From contig NC_058368.1 in the NCBI RefSeq assembly GCF_018350175.1, positions 191,892,001-191,956,000 of the forward strand: a stretch of DNA of 64,000 nt, in the 5' to 3' direction. This document shows, piece after piece, positions 24,367 to 37,247 of the stretch (position 1 is its first letter; each line of letters opens with the position of its first letter). The stretch is from Felis catus. Taxonomy: Eukaryota. Below the pieces are notes generated by a model. The model saw nothing but the letters and a program-made list of their open reading frames with translations. It was not told the DNA's origin and did no database searches. Both the position numbers and the translations under genes were made by a program.

Positions 24367-26009
24367 CTTTAAAACATAAATCAATAAGCATATTTTAACC
24401 TCAAATAAGATCATAAGAAAAATTAGTTTCATTTCAAAGAGATACACAAATCATACATGACTCTCATGGGGAATTTAAGGTAGATATTAGGCACTTCCTT
24501 GATATAATTAGGCCAACAGTGTGGTCCTCTTGTTTTGTCCTCTGGTACCTTGACTCCTTCATGCCATCAGCATAACTTCTAAGCCTACAACATTTTTTTA
24601 ATTATATCAAATGTGTCATACTATTGTTGACATTTTAGAAGACTTCCATAGGGGAAAAAAAAGAAAATAAAAATCACCTATAATCTTACCTTGCTGATAT
24701 CATTATCTTAATATTTTCTTTTTGATGTTTATTTTTCCAGGATTGTTATCATCAGGAATGTTTTGGTAATTCCACACAAATTATCTTTTTAAACTTGTGG
24801 AACAAGTTTGGCTGGCTAGACTTGCTACCACTACTTCAACATCATGATTATTCTTATTCATTTTTTCATAAAGGTTCTTTGCACAGTGTTTCAGTTCATA
24901 ATTATTTCACGTTTATGAAATACTACCCATCAAGTCAGTGGTTTGTTTACTATGCAGATGTTCTGACTAATTCACTGACAGCACTAGACAGAGCATTTAG
25001 CAGACCAGAATCTTCGTCCCACCTCTCAGATTATTTAGCTGTGTGACTGGAGCAAGTCACTTCTCATGCCAGCACCATTACCATCATGTGGAATCTTAGT
25101 TTCTTCATCTATAAATTAATGGGGTTGAATTAAATTGTCTCCAAGTAACTTTGCATTGTCTTGGTCTAAAATTCAATGGCCCATGGGCTAAGTAACAGCT
25201 GGCTGAGAGACACAGTTGTTAAGAATAACTGCACTACAAGTAACATAAGATTTTTTGACATTTGAAATTTAATCAATATAATTCACTATATCAATAATCT
25301 AAAAAGGAAAAATTACAGGATAAAGAAGAGACAAAATTCAATACCCCTTCATGAAAGACAAAAAGAAAAAGCTCTGAAAAAAGCTAGATATTCCCTCACC
25401 TTTCCCAAACAATCAGATATCTCAAAGAGGTAGATACCGGTTTCATTGACTTCCTCTGTTGCCTATTTTCTATTTCATTGATTTCTGCTGCTTATTATTT
25501 CCTTTCTTCCATTTACTTAGGATTTTGTTTGTTCTTCTAGATCTATTCCCTTATGTGGAAGCTGAATAGTTGATATAAGATCTTTCTTTTCTAATAAAAT
25601 CATTTAGGACTACAAATTTTTCTCTAAGTACTTCTTTACAAGCATTCTCCAACTTTCGATATACTGTACTCTATTATGTTTTTTTCTCTACAAAATACTT
25701 GCTCATTTCCCTTTAGGCTTCTGTTTTGGCCCATGTTATTTAGAAGTATGTGATACTGTTTGCAAATACTTGGGAATTTCCCAGATATCTATTATTGGAT
25801 TCTAATTTAACTCTATTCGGGTTAAAGAACGTACTTTGTATAATTTTAATCTTTTTTTAAGTAGTAATACTTGCTTAGTATCCCAGGATAAGGTCTAATT
25901 TGGTAAAGGTTCTATGGGCCCTAGGAAAAGAGATATGTATTCTGCTGTTTGGAGTGAAATAGTCCATAAATACCGATCTTGTCAAGACTGCTTAGAGTAC
26001 TTTTTTCAG

Positions 26010-26130
26010 GTTTGTTTTTTTTTTTTAAGATTTTGTTTTTAAGTAATCTCTACACCCAACATGGGGCTCAGACTTACAACCCTGAGATCAAGAGTTGCAT
26101 GCTTCACCAACTGGGCCAGCCAGGAGCCCC
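26010..26130 (-). mobile_element. Short SINEC
   Basis: TSD tagagtacttttttc. Confidence 0.88.
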
Positions 26131-26309
26131 TAGAGTACTTTTTTCTTACTAATTTCAGTTTATTTGGTCTACCAAGTATTGAGACAGGTATTTAAATCTC
26201 AAATTATCATTGTGAGTTGTCTGTTGCTCCTTGCAGTTCTAAGAGTTTTTGTTTCATGTATTTTTTAGCTCCATTATTAGGTGCATAAGAATTTAGAATT
26301 CTTATGTCC

Positions 26310-26940
26310 TTTTTTATTGTGGTATAACTGACAGATTGCATTATATTAGTTTTAGGTGTACAATGCAATTATTCAATATTTGTATGTATTGTGAAATGAT
26401 CATCACAGTAAATCGAGTTAACATCCATCATCCTAGGTAGTTACAATTTTTTTCTTGTGATAACCTTAAGATCTACTCCCTTAGCAACTTTCAAGTATGC
26501 AAATACAGTATTATTACCTGTAATATAGTCACCATGCTGTATGTTATATGTCCTGACTTACTTATTTTATAAATGGAAGTTTGTATCTTTTGATCCCCTT
26601 CACCAACTTTACCTACCTCCGCACCCCCCACTTTTGGCAATTATCATTTGTTCTCTGAATCTATGAGCTTGGTTTAGGTTTAGATTCCACATATAAGTGA
26701 GGTCACATGGTATTTGTCTTTCTCAGACTTATTTCACTAAGACTAATACCCTCAAGATCCAACCCTGTTGTCACAAATGGCAAGATTTCATTCTTTTTAT
26801 GGCTTAAATATTCCACTGTGTGTATTCATATATGTACATCACAAACATATAGATATACACTACTTTCTTCATCCATTTATCCATCAATGGACACTTAGGT
26901 TGTTTCTATGTCTTTGTTATGATGAATAATTATAAATAAT
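26310..26940 (-). mobile_element. L1MA-type 3' end
   Basis: Antisense L1 3'UTR. Confidence 0.75.
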
Positions 26941-27157
26941 GATGAACTAAAATTGTTATGACTTCTTGAGAAATTGATTCCCCTATCACTATGAAATTAC
27001 CTTATTTAATCCTGATGGTATTTCTTGTTCTGAAATCTACTTTATCTGATATTAACATAGCCATTCCAGCTTCCTTTTGATTGTTGTCTTTTAGCAGACC
27101 TTTTTCTACCTTTTTAACTTTTAACCTATTTGTGACTTTAAAGTTGTTGTTGTTACG

Positions 27158-27795
27158 GGAACTTCTTGCACTGTTGGTGAGAATGCAAACTGGTGCAGCT
27201 GCTCTGGAAAACAGGGTGGAGGTTCCTCAAAAGATTAAAAAATAGCACTGTGAGGAATTTACCCAAGGGATACAGGAGTACTGATGCATAGGGGCACTTG
27301 TACCCCAATGTTTTTAGCAGCACTCTCAACAATAGCTAAATTATGGAAAGAGCCTAAATGTCCATCAACTGACGAATGGATAAAGAAATTGTGGTTTATA
27401 TACACAATGGAATACTACGTGGCAATGAGAAAGAATGAAATATGGCCTTTTGTAGCAACATGGATGGAACTGGAGAGTGTTATACTAAGTGAAATAAGTC
27501 ATACAGAGAAAGACAGATTCCATATATTTTCATTGCTATGTAGATCCTGAGAAACTTAACAGAAGACCATGGGGGAGGGGAAGGAGAAAAAAATGGTTAG
27601 AGAGGGAGGGAGCCAAAACATAAGAGACTCCTAAAAACTGAGAACAAACTGAGGGTTTATGGGGGGTGGGAGGGAGGGGTGGGTGGGTGATGGGTATTGA
27701 GGAGAGCACCTGTTGGAATGAGCACTGGGCGTTGTATGGAAACCAATTTGACAATAAATTTCATAATAAAAAAAAATTTTTAAAGGGAAAAAAAT
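27158..27795 (+). mobile_element. Felid L1 3' end
   Basis: [23 protein letters not shown] peptide, G-rich 3'UTR, poly-A, TSD aaagttgttgtt. Confidence 0.93.
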
Positions 27796-27954
27796 AAAGT
27801 TGTTGTTTTTTTGTAAACAGCATATAATTAAGTCCTGTGGGTTTTCTAATCCAATCTAACCATCTCTGCTTTTTAATTGGGATATTTAGACCACTTACAA
27901 TTAATGTGATATTTCTTAGGTAATAGATTATTTTCTATTTGTGCCACCTGGTTT

Positions 27955-28600
27955 TTTTTTCCTAATTTTATTTAAATCCAAATTAGTTAACATATTGTGT
28001 ATTAAATGTTTCAGGAGTAGAATTTAATGATTCATCACTTCCATATAACACCCACTGCTCATCTCAACAAGTACCCTCCTTTTTAAAAATTTTTTAAATG
28101 TTTATTTTTGAGAAAGAGAGAAAGCACAAGTGGGGGAGGGGCAGAGAGAGAAGGAGACACAGAATCCGAAGCAGGCTACAGGCTCTGAGCTGCCAGCACA
28201 GAGCCTGATGCGGGGCTTGAACTGACGAACTGTGAGATCAGGACCTGAGCCCAAGTTGGACACTTAACAGACTGAGCCACCCAGGCGCCCCATAACAAGT
28301 GCCCTCCTTAATGCCCATCACCCATTTAGCCCATCCCCCCACCCAACACCCCTACAGCAACCCTCAGTTTGTTCTCTGTATTTAAGAGTCTTTTATGGTT
28401 TGCCTCTCTGTTTTTATCTTATTTTTCCTTCCTTTCCCCTATGTTCATCTGTTGTATTTCTTAAATTCCACATATGAGTGAAATCATATGATATTTGTCT
28501 TTATCTGATTTATTTTGCTTAGCATAATACACTCTAGTTCCATCCATATTGTTGCAAATGGCAAGGTTTCATTCTTTTTGATCAAGTAACATTCCATACA
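27955..28600 (-). mobile_element. L1 3'UTR fragment containing a SINE
   Basis: Antisense 3'UTR. Confidence 0.85.
28082..28291 (-). mobile_element. Can-SINE nested in L1 3'UTR
   Basis: TSD aacaagt(a/g)ccctcctt. Confidence 0.93.
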
Positions 28601-28704
28601 TATTTGTTTAGTTTTGTGTTGTTTTAGGTGGGATGAAAATCCAGTCTGTTACTCTATGTTGTCCTGAAGTAGAATTTCCTGATATCTTCCGTAGAAGCTT
28701 TATT

Positions 28705-28920
28705 TTTTCTTAAAAATGTCTCCAATGCTTATTTTTGAGAGAGAGAAAGAAAGTGTGCACACACAAGTAGGGGAGAGGCAGAGGGAGGGGGGAACAGAGG
28801 ATCCAAAGCAGGCCTGGACTGACAGCAGTGAGCTAGATGCAGGGCTCAAACTCGTTAACCATGAGATCAGGCCCTGAACTGGTCAGATGCTTAACTGTCT
28901 GAGCCACAAAGGCAGCCCAA
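28705..28920 (-). mobile_element. Can-SINE (diverged)
   Basis: Antisense SINE body. Confidence 0.85.
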
Positions 28921-29254
28921 AACTTTATTTTTAATGGCCAAAATCTAGAAACCACCTCAATAACTTTCAACTGGTGAATAGATAAACAAATCATGGTATA
29001 TTCATATATTGAAATACTACTCAATAATAAAAAGAACGAGCTTCTGATATACACAAAAATATGGATAAATGTAGTATGCTAACTGAACAAAAATGCCAAA
29101 ACTATGTAATATAAGATTCCATTTATATGAAATTCTAGAAAAAGCAAAGTTAAAGTGACAGAAATAAGAGCAATGGTTGTCAGGCACCAGGAGTGATGGA
29201 AATGGATTGAATATAAAAGGATGCAAGATAATTTTCAGGATGATGAAAAGTTAG

Positions 29255-29420
29255 TTCAGCTCAAGTCAGGATCTCAGAGTTTGTGAAATCAAGCCCTGCC
29301 ATGGGCTCCTCACTGACAGCATAGAACCTGCTTGGAATTCTCTCTCCCCCCTCTCTCTCTGTGCCCCTCCCCTGCTCTCTCCCTCTCTCCTCAAAATAGA
29401 TTAAATAAACTGAAAAAAAA
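29255..29420 (+). mobile_element. 5'-truncated Can-SINE
   Basis: SINE body, CT tract, A tail. Confidence 0.85.
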
Positions 29421-29469
29421 GCAATAATCAGTTAAGATGAAGGAAAGTTTTCTTTTTCATTAGAAATAT

Positions 29470-29947
29470 AAATTTATTAGCTCTAGTTGGGTGTTATTGA
29501 ATGCCATCAAAAATAGCACTTCAGCACTGATTCAGAACTGTAGGGTGCACTATCAGCATAATTAAAATAAAAGAATCTGAGCCATTTCCCCATCTTGCTT
29601 CCTTATTATTGTCTAATTGTTCAGAATGTCTGTCTGTTATGGAGACAAAGCAATTAAGCCCAGCAAGTAGCAACAATGAGGATTATAAAGCGGGGGCCTG
29701 CTTCATTAGCAACTTGGATATCAGCATAGAAAACATTAAAGAAAGAAACGCAATTGAAATTGGAAATAATTAGATGGCACCACTTGCTTAGCTGGGGAAG
29801 ATACGCTATCTGCATTTGCAGACTTTTTTCACTTCATGGGTTTTTCACCTGGGCTCTTCAAATTGAGTTACATAAACATCAGGGTATCATAGCTGAAGCA
29901 CCAAAGGGCCTGGTGAGCAGAGATCCTTTTCAGATTATGGCACCTGT
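29470..29947 (-). pseudogene. Dynein HC pseudo-exon(s), AAA1 C-terminal half
   Basis: ccaacAG acceptor. ISNFNCVSFFNVFYA resembles LNPNCFVAITMNPGYAG; MAQILLF*LC**CTLQF resembles LAxKIVxxYxLCxEQL. Confidence 0.55.
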
Positions 29948-30676
29948 CTGTTGGAAATCCAAAAGAAATTTGTTTTAACTGTCAACTGGTCCAGGAAGAA
30001 GACAGACAAGGGGTCAATGCTTCTGTTAAACACAAATCACCAAAATAAAAATCTCCTATTCCTTTCCTGCTCTATTTCTCACAAATACAGACCTGTGTTC
30101 CAAAAATCCAACATCTACTCTTAGAACATGTATTAAAAATAGCAATCATCTTTAATACATTTGTGATGCAAAAGGTTATGTAACAAGCCTAAAGAATCAC
30201 AAACACTTTTGTACCTGGAATTGACCATGGTCTCAAAAGCCTCTTGATTAAAAACTGAGGCTCAGAGAAGAGACTGGCAGGCCCTGAGTTAAAGCAGGTA
30301 GAAGAATCACGAGGAGAATTACAGTTCCCTGGATTTCAATCTAATGACCTTAGCCACTACATACCATACTCATACTGTGTGGCAGACACTATGTGGTAGA
30401 CAACGTAAGTCGTCTCATTTCATCCCATGAGGTAGAGCGATATGGTTTTTATGAATAAGCAAAGTGGTGCTCAGAGAGGTTATACGATTTGCTCTATTGT
30501 GAAATAAAACAGATTCGAACCTAGTTGCCTCGGATTACAAAAGCTACCCTTGTTACAATAAACACTCCCGCTTCCCTATGCCAAGGAGAAAACATCCATC
30601 AAGTAGTGGCTCCTATTTTTCCTTTAACCAAACCAGAAGCAAGAGAGAACAGTGGCATAGATGTCAAAATTAGTCA

Positions 30677-31001
30677 AGGATCAGTCAACTACAGCCCACC
30701 ATCTGCTGTTGTTGTTGTTTTTTAATGAGGCATGAACTAAGAGGGGTTATATATTTTTAAATGGTTGAAAAACAATAAAACATAAAAAATATTTTGTGGC
30801 ACATCAAAGTTATATGAAACTCAAATTTCAGTACTCATAAGTAAAGTTTATTGGAGTACAACCACACTCATCCGTGTATTGTCTATGGTTGCTTTTGCTC
30901 TTCCGTGGCAGAGGTGAAGCGTTGACAAGATACCGTGTGGCTTACAAAGCCAAAAATATTTACCGTCTGACCCTTTGCAGAAAAGTTTGCCAACTCCTAC
31001 C
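30677..31001. mobile_element. MER58-like hAT DNA transposon relic
   Basis: Termini ..gtcaactacagccc and aaaagtttgccaactcc; internal ataagtaaagttta..acaaagccaaaaatatttac. Confidence 0.7.
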
Positions 31002-31149
31002 CTAGACCCCACCTAGTTCAACTGATGAAGAAATGTTTACATGATCAATGCTCTGCACTTCTAGGAAGAGGAAAGAGAAAGAGCAGATCACATATGAAGA
31101 GGAAGGGAAGGAGAAAAATGTCATCCTTCATCAATTTGTCTACAGGTAT

Positions 31150-31400
31150 GTGTCCCTCAAGAAGGGGAGAGCAGAGAGGAGAGCCATGTTGGTGAACCTC
31201 CTGAAATCCTCCATCTTGTCAAAGGAGATCCTCTGACAACATCTTCATGGTGGCCGGTGGTTATCAGATGGTGACTCTCATGCTGCAATAGTCTCCTTTG
31301 TAGGTCACAGGCTTTGCCAATAAAATGAGCTAAGTGGGATAGCAAAATCTCACTTCCCTTTATACCAACAAAACACAAAGGAAATACAGTAATAATGCTG
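31150..31400 (-). pseudogene. Dynein HC pseudo-exon, AAA1 Walker A/B region (degenerate)
   Basis: CFVGIKGSEILLSHLAHFIGKAC resembles GPAGTGKTETTKDLAKAxGKxC; DFRRFTNMALLSAL resembles FDEFNRIxxxVLSVV. Confidence 0.6.
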
Positions 31401-32709
31401 GGCAACAAACTTTCTTATGCTCTCCCTGGAAACCACATAAGTTCAGTTCCCTGTGAATGTGTCAAAGAAAGGTGAATTCAGCTGCACATGAAAGTGATTT
31501 GTCCACCAGTGGTAATGCAAATCTCCCAAATGCTGAACTCAATGACCTATTCCCAAATACAAGCCCATGGAATGATTCGCTTACTTTGGAAATGAATTAA
31601 CCCTTTCAAAAATCCACCAGGATTTTTTCACAAATCAGCTTGGGCCATTTTCATTTCATATCGAACATTTTAGAATGGCTTTTGTAAATATACTTAGTTT
31701 TCCCATGTAGGCTGTCTTTGGGAAATTATGGTGATCCACTGATACCAACACTCCAGTCAAAAATTGGCATCCTGGATCATATGCTCATCAGTCTGTATTA
31801 ACTAGAGAAATAATCACTGTTGCTTTAAGTCTGAAATCATTAAGATTTTAAGGACCAGACCTTGGACCACATTAAATTCACCAAAAGCAAACTTGTGATT
31901 CGAATCCAGGAATTGTGTCTTCCCTGGCAAAACCCTCTCTGAAATTTTGTATTCAACACAAAGGTACTGTGCATATGCAAATTTAACATATGTAAATTCA
32001 ATAATATGTGCTGAGAGAAAGAGACACAGAACTATTTATATAGTATGTATAATCCCATGGGCATTTCACTAAACACATGTACCCTCCACATTTAAGAATA
32101 GGAGACCTGAATGTGCTATTTCCTCAGTCTTCATTACCACCCCCATCTTAAAATGTGAGCATCTCATTATGTTGAGTGTGTTTCTAGTATGTAAAGAAAC
32201 ACGTTCTTCAAACTAGATGGTGTCCAGATACTTGATCTGGTACTTACCTAAAAAAAAAAAAAAACCAGTGACAAGTGCCAGCACTAGAGGTAACACAAGC
32301 TATAATAGACGTCTTGAGTGATGGCAAGTCAGTCTATAAAATCACTACTTCAAACTTGTTTTCAAAGAAAATTCTGACTAAAATGCAGTCTTTGCTTTCG
32401 GCACTCATTCTGGTTTCTAACCTTCATGTGAGGTATCACTTCACTATGGATGACTTTACTTGGAAAATGTGCAAATTCAAAGTGCATGCAATTAAACAAA
32501 TTCAATGTCATAGAGGGATAGGAATGGAGGACTTCATTCTGTTTTAACAAGAACAATGATTCCCCTTAGAGTGGCACTTTCCATAGTGTGTTCTGTGAAA
32601 CACCCACTGTTAATAAGCATTCCTTCAAAACGGATTTCTGCAATTTGAAAGGTTTAACGAATATCACATATTTTATTCTCTTCTTAAAAGTCATGATGCA
32701 CATAAGCAT

Positions 32710-33062
32710 TGCTGTGGAATGAATTATGTCTCTCCCTCGCATCAATTTATATGTTGAAGCTCTAACCCCAAACCTGATAGTATTTTGAGATGGGGTCTTG
32801 ACTCATCAGGGTGGAGACTTCATGATGGAATGAGTTTTCCTTAAAACAAACAGGAAGGAGTTTTCTCTCTACCTCTCCATTCACTAATAAGGACACAGCA
32901 AGAAGGCGGTCATCTGCAAACCAGGAAGAGACTTCTCACCAGAACCCACCCACACTGCACCCTCATCTTTAACTTCCAGCCTCCAGAACTGCGATAAATG
33001 TCTGTTGTTTAAACCACCCAGTCTATGTTATTTTGTTATGGTAACCTGAGCATGCCAAGACA
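32710..33062 (+). mobile_element. MaLR (MLT1-type) solo LTR
   Basis: tgctgtggaatgaattatgtc...ttccagcctccagaactgcgataaatg...aagaca. Confidence 0.8.
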
Positions 33063-33686
33063 AAGAGGCTGAAAAATCTGGCAATAAAGACATCAATTTA
33101 ACTTTATAGAACCAGCATTTTTCACATGCAGTTAGGAGGAGGTCTCAGCTATTTATGTCCTACCCTTACTCCTCCATAATTCCCAACAGTAGAGAGTTCT
33201 AATCTAATTGATCATATCTGGGGTAGATTGGTCAGAAGACAGGGTGTATCTATATACACAGGTATATAGAAGTGAGGAACCTGCCCCCCAGGCCTATCTC
33301 CTAGGACACGATTTCTTAAATATGAACATGCATACAAGGCACATGGAAATCTTGTTTAAAATGCACATTCTGATTGAGTAGTTTTTGTATGAGGCCCCAG
33401 AGTCCACATTTCTAATGAATCTTTAGGTGATTCTGATGTTGATGATCTATGGACCAGACTTTGAAGGTTATGTTGCTAGGAACAAACCCAAACATCTTGC
33501 TCCCTGTCTTCTCATCTCTTTATCATAAGAGTTTTTCTGTCTTCAGCAGCCAACTGGAAATTAGGAGGCAGAAAGGCCTTGCATAGGCTAAGCCTTGAGC
33601 CTGAGCTGACTGATCCAACCCAGCTGTGCAGGATACCTCCCATGGGGGTACCATACACTAGCTTAAGTAAAATTAGTTTTCAATAC

Positions 33687-33884
33687 CATTTTCTTTGCTT
33701 CTGGTATGTGAGGTTCCTTCTTTAACCCTATGGTAAAAGTGGGAATTGACAAAACAGGATTTATGTACTCTCAGTTCTCTTAGCCATAATGCCATCTTAA
33801 CATGATCAAAATTCCACTGTGCCCTTTACATGATACTTGCTGATGATGAATCACTATTTACATGGGACATCTTCTAGCAGCAGA
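33687..33884 (-). pseudogene. Dynein HC pseudo-exon, entry to AAA1
   Basis: ccatAG acceptor, ATG|gtattg donor. TAT GGC TAA GAG AAC (YG*EN, ~33774-33788) is two substitutions from the conserved YGYEY. Confidence 0.6.
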
Positions 33885-33934
33885 CTATGGTGAGAAAAAT
33901 AGAGTTTCTGGTGTTTGGAAGTCTGTTTCTTTAC

Positions 33935-34362
33935 TAGTTTAGGGCATGTGTAAGTTGGTCATCTTCCAGCTGATTGAGGATAAGTCTGAAGAAATTTCCT
34001 CTCAAATTTTCCCAAGCTCTGTCTCTATTTACGTCTGGCAACTCACATCCCACAATATCAAGGAGTATAATTTGGAGTTTGGAGTTCCATCTTTTTCTCA
34101 CTAGGAAATGGGGGCATGTGCCAGATCTGCACATAAGCAACAGGTAGCCAACATCTTCAATCTTCCAGGTTAACAATTGCAAACAGAGCAGTACAGGGGC
34201 CCTCTGTGTCATAGCCCAGAGTAAGAAACTGACCTCCTGGGACATGTTAGCTTAGCTGGGGCAAAAGTGGGCTCTATCCAATGCCCAAATGCTGAAGAAC
34301 AATTGAGCATATTTGAGAAATTAAATTACCAAAACAAACAGAAGGATCTTCTTTATTTGCAC
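33935..34362 (-). pseudogene. Dynein HC pseudo-exon, linker
   Basis: ctgccAG acceptor. Contains a 103-aa open frame: WAMTQRAPVLLCLQLLTWKIED resembles W..WPGQVVLCxSQxxWTxE; LDIVGCELPDVNR resembles IVELVRGKLSKxxR. Confidence 0.65.
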
Positions 34363-34504
34363 CTGGCAGTTAGAAAATAGTTTCTCTTTCCAATTTTTTT
34401 CTGTTCATGAATAAATTATCTTTGCTATTAGATGATGGTGGTAATTTCCACTGTGGATGAGGGGGAAGGTAGGTCAGATGACTGCTCAAACTGCCTTGTA
34501 ATAC

Positions 34505-34640
34505 CTGAAACATAGATGTCTAGAAAGATGAGGCTTAAGTATCTCCGATTTTTCATCCAAAAAGGCAGACAACTATTGGTCATAGCTTATTAGATATAAA
34601 GAACAACATTCCAAAGGGGGATTTGATTAATCCTGCATTC
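34505..34640 (-). pseudogene. Dynein HC pseudo-exon, DHC_N2/linker
   Basis: CAG|gtatta donor. LYLISYDQ*LSAFLDEKSEILKPHLSRHLCF resembles FFFLSNDELLEILSETKDPxxVQPHLKKCF. Confidence 0.65.
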
Positions 34641-34704
34641 TGGTTTCCAGATTAAAAGCAAAAAAGGGGTGGGGATTAAAAAAAGTTTTAATATGTATTA
34701 CACT

Positions 34705-34870
34705 ATTTGGGCTACATGAATTCTTGGATTCAATAACAAGAACGAATTTTGGATATATTGGACTGGGTCGCAGGAATTCCTAATTTTGTGGTCTCCCAAA
34801 GGTTATCCTTAACATAAAGGTTTGTTCTTGTCCAGTCATATTCCATACATGGACTGTCATCAACCATAGC
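34705..34870 (-). pseudogene. Putative pseudo-exon, DHC_N2
   Basis: GQEQTF / VKDNLWE (frameshifted) resembles PEExxxFxxVDxxW. Position is consistent. Confidence 0.35.
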
Positions 34871-35104
34871 TTTCAGAAAGGGAAATTGAATGGGTCAAGG
34901 TGAAGGTCTTACTCAGCTTGAGTTAGAGAGCCAAACATAGAAACCAAGAAGTGTGGTTCCGTCTTAGAACTCTGTAACTAGCAGAGTGGTTAAAAACAGA
35001 TTTATCTCGCTAATAGTCTCCTGGGTCATAAAGGTGAGGTATGTGTTTACAGAGCTTAAAGATGGTAAGAATATTTTCACTGTCAATTTGATAACTTAGA
35101 AAAG

Positions 35105-35167
35105 TCCATGCTCTGTCTCTCTCTGTCCCAAAAATAAATAAAAAAACGTTAAAAAAAATAAAAAAAA
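35105..35167 (+). mobile_element. Severely truncated Can-SINE tail
   Basis: catgctctgtctctctctgtcccaaaaataaataaa plus poly-A. Confidence 0.8.
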
Positions 35168-37014
35168 GTGGGTACACTATCATCCATTTTCTATTCAGAA
35201 GTGATTTGAAGGAAAATTATGGAAGCATAACAGGAAAAAGAAGCTCTTAATAATAACCCCATATTTATGGTATCTCTTCACTACATACAAAGATAACCTG
35301 TGGCATTTTTCTAGAGATTAATACTTTTATAGTATTTAACGTCAAGGACATATTTACCTATTTAATAATCTATAAGCTTATGAGAGTAGATAATAGAATG
35401 TCCGGTTTTAGAAACCATGCACATTTTTTAAAACAAATGTGAAATTGTTTTTATGTATTATTTTTCCAATTATAAAAATAACTGGCTACGTTGAGGAATT
35501 TGGAAGCTAACCCACTATCCAAAGAAAGGGAAGGAACATTATGTTGCATTTCCCTTTTCTATAGCTGTGTATGTCCATGCTACTACAGGTACATGAGGTC
35601 ATACCCTATATTGGGTTATTTCTTTCTTCCTTTTATTTTACATTAAAATTTGAACAGATTCCTAGGAAGATGAAGTAAACAAACATATCTCTATTACTCT
35701 CCTCAAGTAGACCTAAAAGCTGGGACTTGATGTAGAAAACACATGTAAAAATGATTCTAAAAGGTAGAGAGAAAACAGACCAGCTAAGGACCTCAGGGAA
35801 CAAGAAACGATATGCTAGTGAGTTCCCCAGTTGTTTGTTTCATATATTCCAGACTCAGAGGTGAAAATGCCACAACCTGCGAACCCTAACAGGCTTAATT
35901 AAACAGAATTAAAAGTCTCCAACAAAAGCCAGATCTTTTAAGCCAAAGATCAGGAAAGGGCCAGTCCAGCAAGACAGAAAACTTTTAGATAATAACCACG
36001 CTACTCCTGCCAACCACCACAGAAAAAAAAACTGTTACTAAAACTCCGTTCATGTGATCAAGTAGCCTAGACCTCCACCCTTTGTAGGCTGTAATAAGGA
36101 TGCCCAGTCTACCACCCTCACTGTGTTGGTATCAGCAAAGACTGAGCAATAAGCTGGAACTCTGATCCTCACTGGACAGGAATAATCACCTCTGATTGCA
36201 TCAGTGAAGACTATGTGGGAAGCCCAGACTCCAACCCTTATCCAGCAGATCCCCACCACCACCACCTCCTCCTCCAATGGCATAATGTCAAGGGAAGTCT
36301 AACAGAGAGTTAGGACCTTAACTACTTCCCAGTCTGTCAGTGGAGGCCATGTAAGGACCAAGAACAAGGCACTCCTACCCTTCCCTAGGAAAGGAGGTAC
36401 CAGTAGAGATCTAATGGGAAGCCAGAAATCATCCCCCTGCCCAGCAGCAATGAGGAGAACCCTTCCTGGAAGTAAAAAAAAAAAAGTAGTCAAATGGCAA
36501 ACTTTAATTTCCACCCCACCTGACAATATAATGCAGTGCCCACCCCTTCCTCTACCACAGGTGTCAGGAAAAGGCTGGATAAAACAGAAGGTTTAAAAAA
36601 GATTCAGAGTTTCATAACACAATACCCAACATGTCCAGGTTTCTATAAAAAAAAATCACTCATGAGGTGGAGCCAAGATGGCAGAACAGCATGGAAGCCT
36701 TTTTTTTTTTTTTTTTTTTTTTGCATCTCACATCCATGAAATACAGCCAGATGAACACTAAACCATCCTGAACACCTAGAAAACTTACTTGAGGACTAAC
36801 ACAATAATCTGCACAACCTGAACCACAGAGGTCAGCAGGTACGCAGTGCAGAGAGGTGAATTGGGGGAGAGAGAAGCTGCAGAGGGCAGGGAGCAGTTTT
36901 TGCTTGTGGAGGGTGGGGGGAGAGTCAGGGAAAAGCACCCCCTCCAAAAGCAGCTGGAGAGAAAGTGGAAACATGGAAAAAGCCACAGGGACTGAACTAA
37001 AAAAGGAGAAAGGA

Positions 37015-37247
37015 GGGGTGCCTGGGTGGCTCAGTTGGCTAAGCGGCTGACTTCACTCAGGTCATGATCTCATGGTTCTTGAGTTTGAGCTCCGGGTCAG
37101 GCAATGTCCTGACAGCTCGGAGCCTGGAGCCTGTTTCAGATTCTGTGTCTCCCTCTCTCTCTGTTCCTCCCCCCACTCGCACTCTGTCTCTCTCTCAAAA
37201 ATAAATAAAGATTAAAAAAATAAAAAAAATAAAAAATAAAAATAAAA
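37015..37247 (+). mobile_element. Can-SINE inside the L1 5'UTR
   Basis: Full SINE flanked by imperfect TSD aaaa(a/g)ggaga(a/g)agga. Confidence 0.92.

Larger units (their letters stand above)
25440..27950 (-). mobile_element. Old L1M ORF2 remnant hosting nested insertions
   Basis: Degenerate antisense ORF2 endonuclease-region sequence, interrupted by a SINE and L1 tails. Confidence 0.65.

Noticed and set aside
33249..33270. 9-bp-stem hairpin tctatatac-acag-gtatataga
   Set aside because: Short and AT-rich, with no supporting context; plausible by chance.
457..34640. Alternative identities considered (vitellogenin relic, ADCY10-like, aldehyde oxidase, RGS-like, HECT ligase)
   Set aside because: Only isolated chance similarities (e.g. 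DQLTHAL). None gave the colinear multi-motif match that dynein does.
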